Below, in pieces: positions 50,195 through 63,435 of a stretch of DNA of 64,000 nt. The notes under the pieces are model-generated. The model was not told the DNA's origin. It searched no databases and worked only from the letters and a program-made list of their open reading frames with translations. The DNA lies in the NCBI RefSeq assembly GCF_006345805.1, contig NC_043005.1, positions 45,198,001-45,262,000 on the forward strand. Reading direction: 5' to 3'. A program made the position numbers and the translations under genes. Each line of letters starts with the position of its first letter. Position 1 is the stretch's first letter. Source of the stretch: Octopus sinensis. Its lineage: Eukaryota.

Positions 50195-50870
50195 GGAGTG
50201 AATCGAGTTTCGTCATGTAAGGGAGACAACTACTGATCTCATCGGGTCGACACCTCACTGAGTTTCTTTCACATTCAGTTTGAAGAATTCAATCACCGTA
50301 AAGAAGAGTGGTGACTTTAAAACTTTCTTCATCGTTTCCTCTTCCTCTCTTGCCTGTATGACTAATTTGATCTCAAAGTCTGAAACAGTAGTTGTCGGCT
50401 TCAGACTTTCTTGTTCTGGAGCTTTAACTCCAACTCCTCTCTCTCGTATCTATAAGGTGTGACGGAAACGTTAAATTATCATAGACTTGAGGAGTCACTG
50501 ACCTTTCAACCTTAACACACCCACTCATCAGCTTATGGTTTCTGAAATATTGTGTGTTTCCATGACACCAATAAAGTTGTTGTCGGTTTGTTGAGAAATT
50601 CTTTGCTCTCTGCTTTCCATATGGTTCTAATTCTTGTCTTTGTTCATTGGATCTTACTATTGGTCCAAGACAGAAGCTTGCAAATAATTGAAGGGATTAA
50701 GTCAAACTGTAAGAAAAAAAATCTATCAAAACAAACATGCAGAGACAAGTTTATTATTTCTTCAAAATACCTGCTCTTAAAATGTATAATTGTGGAGCTT
50801 GAACTTATCACAAGCAGAATTCTGGTTGCTTGTGCTAAGATATAGGCCATTTCCAAATGTATCATCTTAA
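50195..50870 (-). mobile_element. Probable decayed Penelope-like element 3' region with a hammerhead-like remnant
   Basis: Frameshifted GIY-YIG-like pieces (SSSTIIHFKS..EIINLS..C, LIPSIICK, FNVSVTPY) followed by ccgatga...gaaac-tcga. Confidence 0.4.
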
Positions 50871-51479
50871 CACATTGTCTTGATATTGCCTATACCTATA
50901 TGGGTTAGTTGATTCTAACTGATCTCCAACTTAGGCTACAAACACTAAAAGTATACAGTGATATTTTACAATAGACAATGATGTTTTGGATTTGTGGCAG
51001 AAAGGAAATTGCAAGTTGTACCCATTGTTTTATCAGCAACACTTACTGAGTGATACATTGTAATAAAGTGATTCGATGAATGCATTTTTGTCCAGCTAAT
51101 GATAAAAAAAAGAAAAGTTATAAAATAGCTATTAGGAACCTAAAAGAAGTTTCTATAGAGAATAATTTGCATATCTTTTATTATATTCGCTTTTTAGTTT
51201 CGGAACCATTATACATCTTCTTGAATCTTGAACTGAGTATCTTGTTCTATTTAAGAAATTATTTCAGCCTTCTCCTTATAATCTTAGTCTATGTTGTCTT
51301 TGCTTTGAAATTTTTGGTCTTATTTAATGTTAGCTGCAGATACTTTCTATAAACTCTTGTCCTGGTTTAGTATATGATCCTCTTGAAAGTTTTAGTAACC
51401 TAGGTGCAAAACTGTGGCCTACAACTTTTAACATTCACACATTGAGGTTAACTGTCAGTCAGCTAGAACAGTGCTTTAA

Positions 51480-51697
51480 CCCTCTAGCTTTCAGATAATT
51501 TTGTCAAATGTAATGTTTATTTACTTGCATGGTTTTGAATTAATCATGCATTACACCATAGCTATGAGACTTTGTTGATGTGATTGTGTACTTATCTTGA
51601 ATGACATTGTAGGGTAGGCGTGAGAGATTGGATCCTCTCTTTTTGAATGTAAAACCGGATATTTTGGCTGGATATGGCCTGTTTAAATGCTAAAGGG
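51480..51697 (-). mobile_element. piggyBac-like MITE family 2
   Basis: TTAA|ccctctagc ... gctaaaggg|TTAA. Confidence 0.85.
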
Positions 51698-51999
51698 TTA
51701 ATGAACTCCTTGTGAAGAATCTAAACTAGTTTTCAAGCATCCCGACAGTTTTCCATTATTGAAATATACATACCAAATGATTTTATTCTGATATGATCAC
51801 ACCAAATCTTTAAAGAGTTTTTTTTCTCACCACTATTTCAAAATCTTTATAATCACTTTCATTTCGCTTTCATTTAAAGTTTATTACTTTAAATTCCAGT
51901 TAGTTTAACTGAGCTCAGTCATATATTAAAATTGTTATAGTAATACTTTTTTTAATTAATTAGAGGAGGACTGGTATAACTCAATGGGTTTTTTTATGG

Positions 52000-53000
52000 C
52001 CCCTCCCAGGCTAATGATATTCTGGTGTTTGATGTAGGTAGGAATGGAATCAAATTTAGAGTTGCAGCTCTAGTAGGTGACGTACAGTAAAGGAACAGAA
52101 ACAGGCGAGGTATATTTGGTAGAGAGGATATGCAGGCTGCTAGTTCAAAGATATGGAGGCCTTTGTAGTAGTGAGAAGAGGTAGAGAAAAGCAATAACAT
52201 GTCACTGAACTCACGGTTGTAGTATGTGTTGACTGTGATATTGGATTTGTGTGTGTTGTGTTGCAGCAGCAGTGTTTAAGATTTATGATCAGTCACAGTC
52301 CTCTAATGAGGATCACAATAAGTAGATTATTAATGTAGAGAATGAAGTGTATCAGACTGGATGCCTTGTGATATTTGTTCTGGCTTTTTAAAATCTGAGT
52401 TTACTTTCTACCTTGGCCTATATGGCCAGTACACTTAATCCTTTTTCTGGTTTCACACCACCTCCTGTCTCTAGAGTGCCTTTAGTGAACTCCATTCTGT
52501 GGCCACCATTTTGGCAGAGGACTGTGGTTTGTGGATACCTTCCTGCTTTCTAGCCGCCAGTTATCTCATGTCCTATGACAGAGTGTGATTTGAGGGAAAT
52601 CTGATTGCAATTTCAAGTAGGTTGGTAATCATGTAGTGGCTCCTTTTTTGGCTCATCAAAGTTCTTAGAACTGTGTTGCCCCTAATACAAGACATTAGAG
52701 AAGATGTCTCCAATATATCTTGCTCTACTGAGACACAATGTTTTCAGATACTGAAAGTGAAGGCAATAAGACAGCAGTTGGCAGGTTTAGTGAAATTATA
52801 TTACTTCTGAATATACATTTCCATATATTGGGGTTGATCCTTGCAGATTGAAAAATTTGATAAGTGTAGGTAGGAGATAGCTCTTAAGTGTACTGTTAAA
52901 GGCTAAAAGCAGGTGGTTGTTAGGGCCAGTTGCTTTGTTGGGTTGGAATGCAGGGAAGTTCGCATTTGACAGTTTTGGTGACAAAAGCAGAGTTTAGTAT
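52000..53000 (-). mobile_element. Decayed LINE fragments (CR1/L2/Jockey-group RT)
   Basis: FQPNKATGPNN...LIKFFNL (RT N-terminal KAxGPD motif) and HYYKG..FELAACI (3' end). Confidence 0.5.
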
Positions 53001-53519
53001 ATGCTTATTGTGGAGTTAGAGACCAAAAATGGTGGTTTTAGTAACAGGATCATATTTATTGCAGGAAGTAAAAGGCTTCTATAAAGTTGGTGGGGACTAT
53101 CTTTGGAACATTCAGTCTGGCTATAATCTAGGTGAGAGAGAGCTTGTAAGTTGCATGATGTTTGAAGATATCATTTACTTTCCTGATTCACCTTACAGAT
53201 ATTGCTTTGGTGAGTAAAACCTTCCAGTTGGTAATGGTGGGGGACTCTTTCCAGGTGGTATTTAGGCAATATTCTTTACCCACACTGCTGTTGTTCAGTT
53301 GTAAGGGAATCACTTGTAGGTTTTAGAACCTGAATGTTGTGCAAAAGATGATATTGGCTCCTTCTTTAGTCGTCTCAAATATTTAATGGATGAAACACAC
53401 GTTACCAAGGGTAGTCAGCATAGAACTGCATTAGATCCAAAGCTTGAAATACTGCACAAGCATGGATCTCAGAAAATTTCCAACAATGTCAGCATGGTAG
53501 TAGAATTTGCAGAATGTAT

Positions 53520-53909
53520 TCTCTTTTATTCTTTTACTTGTTTCAGTCATCTGACTGTGACCATGCTGGAGTACTGCCTTAAAGGGTTTTTTAGTTGAAG
53601 AAGTAGACCCCAGGACTTATTCTTTGTAAGCCTGGTAATTATTCTGTCAGTTTCTTTTGCTGAACTGCTAGGTTATAGGGACATAAACACACCAACATTG
53701 GGTGTCAAGCAATGGTGGTGGGGACAAACATACACACGCACACATATATATATGACAGGTTACTTTCAGTTTCCATCTACCAAATCCACTCACAAAGCTT
53801 TGGTCAGCCCAGGGCTATAGTAGAAGACACTTGACCAAGGTCCTCGCAGTGGGACTGAGCCTGGAACCATGTGGTTGAGAAGGGAGCATCTTACCACATA
53901 TCCACACCT
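53520..53909 (-). mobile_element. SINE family A
   Basis: Full reverse-complement copy. Confidence 0.9.
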
Positions 53910-54125
53910 CAGTATCTTTTTTTTATTATTATTTCACTGGTTTTAGCCAGACACTGAGGCCATACTGGAGCGCTGCTTTTCAGTGTGATTTTCTTTTCTG
54001 TACAGTTTGTGATCAAGAAGTAAGTTGGACTAAGCTGCTCTTCTTTGTGTCTCCTGTCACGGTGTGGTAAAAATCTCAGGTAAAAATTTGCCCAGATGTT
54101 CTTTGAAGCCCTCCACATCTACATC

Positions 54126-54345
54126 TCACAAATCTCTGAGGTTGTTTGGTAGAATGTTAAACAGTTGTGTATCCTTGAAACCCAAGCTGTTACACCACTG
54201 AGTCCTTATTCTAGATGGAAAAGACAGGATCTTTGGTAGCATGCAGTGCCATTCAGTTTGATGGTTGGCAAAGCTCTCAGTTGCGAAGCTGGGAGCTAGA
54301 CCATCCAGGATCTTCCATATGTACATCACTGCATATTATTGAATT
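54126..54345 (-). mobile_element. CR1/L2-group LINE ORF2 3' remnant
   Basis: MYIWKILDGLAPSF...HCMLPKI...SRIRTQWCNSLGFKDTQLFNILPNNLRDL. Confidence 0.75.
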
Positions 54346-54544
54346 GCATTCAATGTTATCACACAAGTACAATGATAACTGTAGCAGAAAGAGAACCATA
54401 TGTTACTTTAATTGTAGTATAACTCTGATGGGTAAATCAAGCATATTTACCACAGGCATGGTAGACTTTACCTGTCAATGCAAAAGCAGAAAGTATAAAA
54501 GTTAGAACTAGCTACTAAATAAGAGGGGTTACTGTCTTACTCAC

Positions 54545-54922
54545 TTACTCACTTATTTCAGCCATGCTAGGGCACCACCTTGAAGAACTTTTAGTTGAAT
54601 GGACCCCAGTACTTAATTTCTTTTTAGTCTGGTATTTACTCTATCAGTCTCTTTTACCAAACTACTAGGTTACGGGGACATAAACACACCAATTCCAGTT
54701 GTCAAGTGGTGGCAGGGGACAAACACAGACATCAAAACACACACGCATACATATATTTATATATGCTTATATGACTGGCTTCTTTCAGTTTCCATCTGAC
54801 AAGGCTTTGGTTGGCTTGAGGCGATAGCAGAAGACACTTTTCCAAGGTGCCACACATTGGGACTGAACCTAGAACCATGTGGTTGGGAAACATGCCTCTT
54901 ACCACACAGCCACACCTGCACT
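54545..54922 (-). mobile_element. SINE family A
   Basis: Reverse-complement copy; head ends accacacagccacacctgcac. Confidence 0.88.
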
Positions 54923-55348
54923 TAGAATAAATTTCATTTATTCCATTAGATTCAATTGGAAACCAGCTTGTAAATGATAAAAACACCATTGTCAAGTCCT
55001 AACATGTCAGCACTTGCCAACTGCTACTATAAGGTAGATGTAATAATCTGAGTAAAAGTGACTATAAGGAGTTAAAATTAGCACTGGTTGTCAAGTTGAT
55101 AGTAATGGACACTAGTGACCATAGTTGTCATGTTCCTTTAAGAACTGCTGTAGGGAAAATATTTAACTAAAATCTAATGGCTCTATTGTTTATTTGATTT
55201 TGATTTTCAGTCATCTTAATTCATTGTGTTTACTGAAGGTGGATCCTTGACTGATTGAAACATGTTACATACTGGTTACATTTTGTTATGGAGAAAGTAG
55301 CGTAGAAACCCATCACAATCAAGTTCTGTGATGTATTTTGACCATGGT

Positions 55349-55768
55349 ACAGGCATGGCTGTGTGGTAAGAAGTTTGTTTTCCAACCACATGGTTCTGAG
55401 TTCAGTCCTACTGCATTGCACCTTGGGCAAAGTGTCTTCTACTTTAGCCTTGGGTTGACCAAAGCCTCATGAGTGGATTTGGTAGACAGAAACTGAAAGT
55501 AGCTTGTCTGTACGTGTATGTGTGTATACACACACACACACATATACATATATGTATTTGTGTGTCTTTGTGTCTGTGTTTGTTACCCACCACTATTTGA
55601 CAGCTGGTGTTGGTATGTTTACATTCCCCATGACTTAGAAGTTTGGCAAAAGAGACTGATAGAATAAGTACCAGGTTTATAAGTACTGGGGTCGATTCAT
55701 TGGACTAAAATTCTTTTAGGCAGTGCCCCAGCATGGCCACAGTCTAATGACTAAAACAAGTAAAAGAT
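55349..55768 (+). mobile_element. SINE family A, full length
   Basis: aggcatggctgtgtggtaagaag...gagttcagtcc...aacaagtaaaagata. Confidence 0.9.
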
Positions 55769-56204
55769 ATTAATACATATGTGTATGTGTGTGTATATAT
55801 ATGTATATATAAATATATATATATATATATGTGTGTGTGTGAGTCACTGGTATCTTCCTTGTGTTTGGCTCACTGGTTGTAAACTATGGATTAGCTAATG
55901 GCATCATTTGCTTGCAGTTTGCTATGAAAGCATGTCTAAGCTTTTTGAAATGCATTGACATGATGCACAGTCTTTGTAAAGAGCAGCCCATGTTTGTTTG
56001 GTTCCAGTTTTTTTGTTGTTTGATAAGCTACCTAACTTTGAAACAGGTTGGTTTTTGGTGACAGACAGGAAGGACATCCAGCAATAGAAAAGCTCTCATC
56101 TGACTAATGCAAGCATGGAAAAGTAAACATTTAGACACTGATGATGATGAGGAGGAGAAGGTGGAGGATTATGGTGATGATGATGATGAAATTTTACTTT
56201 CATA

Positions 56205-56600
56205 TCTTTTACCTTTTCCTTGTTACAATCATTGTGGACATGCTGGGGCACTGCCTTTAAGAATTTTTAAGTCAAATGAATCAACTCGAGTACTTTTTTT
56301 TTTTAAGCCTGGTACTCTTTTGCCAAACTGCTAAGTTACAGGGATGTAAACACACCAGCACCAGTTGTCAAGCAGTGGTAGGTGGACAAACACAACAAAA
56401 AGACACATGTACTTACGCATGCATACACACACATATAGGACAGGGTTCTTTTAGATACCCTCTACCAAATCCATTAACAAAGCTTTGGTCAGACCAAGGC
56501 TATAGTAGAATACACTTGCCCAAGGTGCTATGCAGTGGGACTGAACCTAGAACCATGTGGTTGGGAAGCAAGCTTCTTATCACACAGCTGTGCCTGTGCC
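56205..56600 (-). mobile_element. SINE family A
   Basis: Reverse-complement copy. Confidence 0.88.
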
Positions 56601-57779
56601 TATGAGACTTTCTGAGATATGTTCTATGTCATTTGAAATCTTCCTTGTTTTTACCTTGTTAACAACCCAGTTATCTTCTATATGCATCAAGTGCCATTCC
56701 CCTCACTTAACTCTCATCAAGCATACACAAACACATCAACTATTATCATCTCATGACACTTGTCCTGCTGTGTATGGACAAGTGTATTGGTTGTTTGAGT
56801 AATGTTTAACAATGTTAAAATCAATCCAGGATATGCATAGTTAATGAAGTATAGTTAAGTATAAGTGAAGTGTTATGACGCTGGTCATATTTTTAGAACT
56901 ACATTGTCAGTTTTTACCATTGCTGTAAATGTTGTCCTAGAATAGTCTAATGGACTTGACAATTTAGCACTTATTGGACATGAAGAGGACCTTAGAATTA
57001 GCTGCTTTGATTGTATTAAATTCTCTGGAGCAAATAACTCTAGTTCCGGAACATTTTGGCTCACTTTTAAAGCTTGGAAATTTAATTTCATCAGACAGAC
57101 AAGCAGTAACTTACACATAAGACATTTACTGTATTGCAGGATTTAGAATAATCCTACTAAATCTTTTTTTTCTCCTTTCATTCTGTAAAAGGGTAAACAG
57201 TGTGTTGTAGAAGTTAGAAGTGTAATGCTGTCCTACAATGGAATCAGTAAATCTCAAATTACAAGAGAAAGGAGTTGAGAATGATCCACAAGATGTGTAA
57301 TGTCGATCTAGGGAAAATAGGCGTAGTGAATATCAGCTAGGATTAAAATGTTATATAATGATGAGATTAGTATAAGATATATTCTTTTACTGTTTGGGTG
57401 ATGCTAGGGTATCACCTGCAATGGTTTTAGTCAATCGTGTCTGCCCTAGTACTTTGCCTGGTACTTATTATTATGTAAATCTACTAAGTAAAAAGCTAAG
57501 TTAATCTGGGCATAAAAAGATGTAATCAGTACTGAGCCAATACTATGAAATATTTTTTGTTTGATGCACTAATAATCACTGTGACATTGCCGATAAATAA
57601 TCCGATATCAAGCCAATGAGAGAGAAAGAGCCTCTTTCAGTTTTGTTGGTGGCCTAGTAGAATTAGCAGCTAAATTTTTTTTTTAAATAGACCCTGCCAT
57701 CTTGAAAAAAAAAACTGAAAGGAAACAATTGGTATATGTGGTCCCGGATGCACTGCATGAAAAAAAAAATAAAATGTAT

Positions 57780-58085
57780 GTAAAAAGCACTGGTGCTGGT
57801 ACCACATAAAAAGCACCAGTGCTGGTTCCACATAAAAAGCACCAGTGCTGGTTCCACATAAAATTCACCAGTGCTGGTGCCATGTAAAATGCACTGGTGC
57901 TGGTGCCACTTACAAAACAGCCTGTACACTCTCTAAAGTATTTGGCATTAGGAAGGACATTAGGCCATAGAGACCATGCCAAAACAGAGAGGAGCCTGAT
58001 ACAGTTCCTTGCCTTACCAGCTCCTGTCAGACCTTCCAACATATGCCAGCATGGAAAATAGACATAAAATGATAATGATGATCAA
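57780..58085 (+). mobile_element. Family C retroposon with five ~26-bp internal repeats
   Basis: cacataaaaagcaccagtgctggttc repeats, then ggcattaggaagg.cat and ccagcatggaaaatagacataaaatgat. Confidence 0.8.
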
Positions 58086-58889
58086 GGATGGAAAGCATTT
58101 TATTATTATAAGTTTAAAAAAAAAACTAATCAACATGCTGTCTGCTACATCAGAGCATTTGGCTACTAATAGTAACAATGGTATAGGAGTGGATCATAAA
58201 CACTTCTTTGTTTGTCTCCTCCACTCCTTTCCATCATCACTGTTTCCGTGACAGCATTTCAGTTTTTATAGTTGGTTACTTACTAAAATAGTTGATTTCA
58301 GACAACCTTTGGAAACCACTGTTGGTTTCCTTCAAACTAGCCTTGACTTAGCATGTTTATGTGTACAATCCAATACACTTGCTTGATGGGAGTTCTTCCT
58401 CTGAAGATTACTCCTGCTGTTTACTCACTTCACAGTGAGTTTTCACTTCCTACACATGTTCACTGCTTATAACATAGATAATGGTATAGTCTTTTACTGG
58501 TTTCAGAGATTGTACTATGGCCATGCTGGGACACCAGCTGCAACAGTTTTAATAGATTGTATTAACACCAATACCGGCTCTTTGTTCAGCTCTTCACATC
58601 TTGATAAATGGTCTAAGTGGTGGAGAATATCTTAATCCTGTGGAGACAGAGCCTCATTTGGAGTTTCCATGCCAAGAAGACAGAGCCCTTTTTACAAGTC
58701 CTATAGAGGACATGCACTTATTTTTCCAACTAAATTAGAAAATATAAAGTAATTACTTTACATATATAAAACCACATATAGTCTTGTAGGAAATTGAATG
58801 AATTAATACAATTTTCTTCATTATTCGACTTTTTGGCCGATAAATCAACCCTGTCGTCTCCGAAGGGTTAATTAGGTTCTCATATTCTT

Positions 58890-59230
58890 CTTCCTGCAGC
58901 TTCTTCCATGGCTAATCTTTCTTATGTTTGATGAGTAAGTTCTGCAAAATCTGCAACCATAGAAGGTGCTGCAAGGCTGCAGTGTGTTGTCTTTCTTTGA
59001 CGTTTTGCTTTGTGGGCCAGGATGTTTTCTTCAAGCTGTTTTGGCTCCTTTGTTCACTAAGGTTTCCCATGCTGTTCTGCCTTCAGTTAATTTTTCCCAA
59101 GTCTTTGCATCAATATGGCACTTGGTCAGGCTGTTTTTATATGTATCCTTAAATCTCAGCTTTGGTCATCCTCTGGGTCTGCTTCACATGTCCAAGCCAT
59201 CTTAGTCTCCTTTTGCACAGGATAGTTGCA
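58890..59230 (-). mobile_element. RTE (BovB-like) LINE ORF2 C-terminal remnant
   Basis: KRRLRWLGHV..[deletion]..PKLRFKDTYKNSLTKCHIDAKTWEKLTEGRTAW. Confidence 0.8.
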
Positions 59231-59539
59231 CTGGCTCTTTATAGATCTTGTAAGGTACAAAAGGCAAATATTGATTTGGGCACACCAGAAGATATGCTAT
59301 ATGGTCATTCCATCTGATACAAATAGCTGGAAAATTCTAAAGATCAAATCCTACTATTTCCATTAACACACATTAAATGATATAGACCAGAGTACATTAT
59401 ACTTCAGAAAAAAATTAAAATGGATAGTCATGTCTGGAATTTGAGTATAGGTAAGCTTCACCCTCGCAAACATGAAGTTAAACAGTAACCATAACAAATG
59501 CTACTACTAATATGTATGTACATACATATGTATCCAAGC

Positions 59540-59890
59540 ATACAACTTGCTTCACAACCACAAAGTTCAGGGTTCAGACCCACTGCATGACACATTGGGC
59601 AAGAGTCTTCTACTATAGCCTCGATCTGACCAAAGCCTTGTGTGTGGATTTGGTTGACGGAAACTGAAGGGATCCCATTGAATATGTGTGTGTGTGTGTG
59701 TGTGTATCTGTCCCTCCATCACCACTTGACAATTGGTGTTGGTGTGTTTACATCCCCATAAATTAGCGGTTCAGCAAAAGAGAGCAATAGAAGAAATAAT
59801 AGGCTTAAAAATTAAGCCCTGGAGTTGGTTTGTTCAGCTAGAGCCCTGCAAGGCCACAGTCAAATGACTGAAACAAATAAGAGAAGAGAA
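59540..59890 (+). mobile_element. SINE family A
   Basis: agggttcagaccc...caaagccttgtgtgtggatttgg...ggccacagtcaaatgactgaaac. Confidence 0.85.
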
Positions 59891-59990
59891 AGAATATTTA
59901 TATATAATGTTTACAATCAGGGGAGATACAAATGACTCACACAAACACACATATATGCACACGCATATTTATATATATGTTTATATACAT

Positions 59991-60505
59991 CATCATCGTC
60001 ATCATCATCGTCATCATCATCGTTTAGCGTCCGCTTTCCAAGCTAGCATGGGTTGGACGGTTCAACTGGGGTCTGGGAAGCCAGGAGGCTGCACCAGACC
60101 CAGTCTGATCTGGCAATGTTTCTACGGCTGGATGCCCTTCCTAATGCCAACCACTCCTTGAGTGTAGTGGGTGCTTTTTATGTGCCACCGACACAGGTGC
60201 CAGATGAGGCTGGCAAACGGCCACATTCGGATGGTGATTTTTACGTATACATGTAGATGTATATGTATATACATATATATATATATATGCATATATCATC
60301 ATCATCATCATCATCGTTTAACGTCCGTTTTCTGCGCTAGCACGGGTTGGACAGTTCGACCGGGGTCTGGGAAGCCAGGGGCTGCACCAGGCTCCAGTCT
60401 GATCTGGCAGGGTTTCTACAGCTGGATGCCCTTCCTAACGCCAACCACTCCGCGAGTGTAGTGGGTGCTTTTTACGTGCCACCGGCACAGGTGCCAGGGG
60501 AGTCT
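59991..60505 (-). mobile_element. Two tandem family C copies (59991-60245 and 60296-60505)
   Basis: Each begins (CAT)n-cgttta.cgtccg.ttt..gctagca.gggttggac. Confidence 0.9.
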
Positions 60506-60711
60506 GGCATCAGCATACATATATTTATTAGTATATATGTGTGTGTGTTTATATATATATGCATGTATGTATATATGTATGTTTTCAAAGATAAGTACTA
60601 GGGCCAGTTTGTTTAACTAAAAGGCTGTGCCCCAGTATGGCCACAGTCCAGTGACTCAAACAAATGAGAGACAAGATATATAATGTTCTTTTAGTTTACT
60701 TTTTTATTCTT

Positions 60712-61081
60712 TTACTTCTTTCTGTCATCTGACTACAGCAATGCTGGAGCACCACCTTTAGTCGAACAAATCGATTCCAGGACATATTTCTGAACCTAGT
60801 ACTTATTCTGTCGGTGTCTTTTATAGAACCGCTAAGTTACAGGGACGTAAACACACCAGCATCAGTTGTCAAGCAATGGTTGACGGACAAACACAGATAC
60901 ACAAACCCACACAGACATGCGCACACACACAGACACACACACATATATATATAATGGGCTTCTTTCAGTGTGCATCAACCAAATCCGCTCACAAGTCTAA
61001 AGTAGAAGACGCTTGCCCAAGTTGCCATGCAGTGGGACTGAACCCGGAACCGTCTAGTTGGTAAGGAAGCTACTTACCACA
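60712..61081 (-). mobile_element. SINE family A
   Basis: Reverse-complement copy. Confidence 0.85.
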
Positions 61082-61194
61082 GATATATATGTGTATAAGC
61101 ATGTATATATATATACATATGTAATTATATGCATATATCTATATATATATTATATATGTATATATATACATATAAATATATATATATATATATC

Positions 61195-61335
61195 ATCATC
61201 ATTATTGTTTAACATCCGCTTTCCATGCTAGCATGGATTGGACGATTTGACTGAGGACTAGCGAACCAGATGGCTGCACCAGGCTTCAATCTTGAGCTGG
61301 CAGAGTTTCTACAGCTGGATGCCCTTCTTAATACC
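61195..61335 (-). mobile_element. Family C fragment
   Basis: gtttaacatccgctttccatgctagcatgg...gctggatgcccttctt. Confidence 0.8.
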
Positions 61336-61358
61336 AAATATATATATGTATATTTATG

Positions 61359-61404
<46 letters not shown>

Positions 61405-62005
61405 TTATGCATATATATATATATATGTGTTGATATACATATGTGTGTATATGTAGATATATATATGTGTATATATATATATATTATGCATATATATGTG
61501 TTTTATATATATATGTATATATATAGGTATGTATATATAGGTATGTATATATATATATATAGGTATGTATATATGTATGTATATATATGTATATATGTAT
61601 GTATATATATATGCATGTATGTATGTATATATATGTGTGTGTGTAGAGAGAGAGAGATATATATGTATATATATGTATATAAATGTGTATATATATATGT
61701 ATGTATATATACATGTATGTATATGTATATACATATATATATATGTATGTATATATATATATGTATGTATATATACATGTATGTATGTGTATATACATAT
61801 ATATTATTGTATGTATATATATATATGTGTGTGTATGTGTATATATGTACATGTATATATATATATATACATATATATATACATATATATATGTGTATAT
61901 GTATATGCATGTAAATATATATGTATATGTATATATATATGTATGTGCTGTTATACATATGTGTGTATATGTAGATATATATATGTGTATGTATATATAT
62001 GTAGA
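61336..62005. repeat. Degenerate (TA)/(TG) satellite
   Basis: Direct reading; all I/Y/M/C/V/H/T ORFs here are artefacts. Confidence 0.97.
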
Positions 62006-62039
62006 TACAGCCCTTTCAAGCTTACTTTGTTTATTCCAC

Positions 62040-62630
62040 TCTTCATTCTTTCGTTGCCCTTCACTAACATTTCCTTGCCTTCTCTTCACACTCACTTTCT
62101 CTTCTCTTTTCTCTTCAATGTGTCCTTGTCACTTTTCTCACCCTTCCTTATTTCTTCTGTCGCTCTGCCTTTACCTGTCTCTCTTCTCTGCCCATGTGAT
62201 CTGTGTTCAGCCAAGCCTGACCTTTCTTTATTGGCTTGACCTTTGTCCAAGCAACATCTGTATTCCTCCCTGTGCCTGGGAAACCACTTATCCCTGCCAT
62301 AAGGCTTTACTTCCACACTTGCTAGAAAGACACCTGTTGTTATATCCTGTTATTTGTATTTGTGTAACATTCTCCATATTTTTCTGTCCTTGCTTTCGTA
62401 TACATTCGCTGCTTTCTTCCAAGGAATCTAATGCTCTTAGCTTAGTTTTTCCTTGAAGCTGGCCAGATTGGAGCAATCTCAAGTATACCCAGCTGAAATT
62501 GGAAAGATAATCAGGGACTCAACTGAGGAAAGAAAACTCCAAATGACCCGTCCTTGTTTTCTTCGTATGTCTATCTAGATGTTTTGTTGTCCCTTTTTTG
62601 TATTACCTAACTGTCTGGAAGTTTTGCGTT
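62040..62630 (+). mobile_element. Dispersed repeat embedded in (TA)n; 3' part homologous to 4395-4660
   Basis: Shared block with 4.4-4.6 kb; pyrimidine-rich 5' part. Confidence 0.55.
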
Positions 62631-62649
62631 CTTGTCCCATTTTGTATTT

Positions 62650-62659
62650 TATGTATATA

Positions 62660-62714
<55 letters not shown>

Positions 62715-63402
62715 TATATGTAGATATATATGTAGATATATATATGTACATATATGTAGATATATATGTAGATATATATATGTATATATATATATATACA
62801 TTTGTATATACATATATATATATATATAATATATATTATATATATATATGTTTATATATATGTGTGTGTGTATGTGTACTTGTATTTATGTATATATATG
62901 TGTGTGTGTGTATGTGTACTTGTATTTATGTATATATATATATGTATATATATATGTATATGTGTGTATATGTATTCATATGTATGTGTGTGTGTGTGTA
63001 TGTGTACTTGTATTTATGTATATATATGTATATATATATGTATATATGTATATGTTCATATATATATATATATGGATATCTATATATGTATATATGCACA
63101 TATATATATATATATACATATATATGTGCATATATGCACATATATGTATATATGCATATATATATGTATATGTATATATGCATATATATATGTATATGTA
63201 TATATGCATATATATATATATGTATATGTATATATGCATATATATATGTATATACATATATCTATATGTATATATGTGTATATGCATGTGTATATATATA
63301 TGTATATGCATATGTATATATGCATGTATATATATTTATATATGTATATGTGCTTATGTATATATATATTATATATATATGCATATATGCATGTATATAT
63401 AT

Positions 63403-63435
<33 letters not shown>

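Larger units (their letters stand above)
46600..50250. promoter_or_regulatory. CpG-rich island and probable promoter region, core ~47400-47800
   Basis: CpG is visibly frequent in unique sequence here and scarce elsewhere outside young SINEs; GC-rich core; strong splice donors nearby. Confidence 0.6.

Noticed and set aside
56945-57150. 66-codon open frame SNGLDNLALIGHEEDLRISCFDC... on the + strand
   Set aside because: No start codon, poor acceptor, no donor and no recognisable family.
62440-62560. Hammerhead-like motifs (agctgg/ccagct-GAAA; CTGAGGA...CAAA)
   Set aside because: The first lacks the CUGANGA core. The second lacks GAAA and a correct stem I register.
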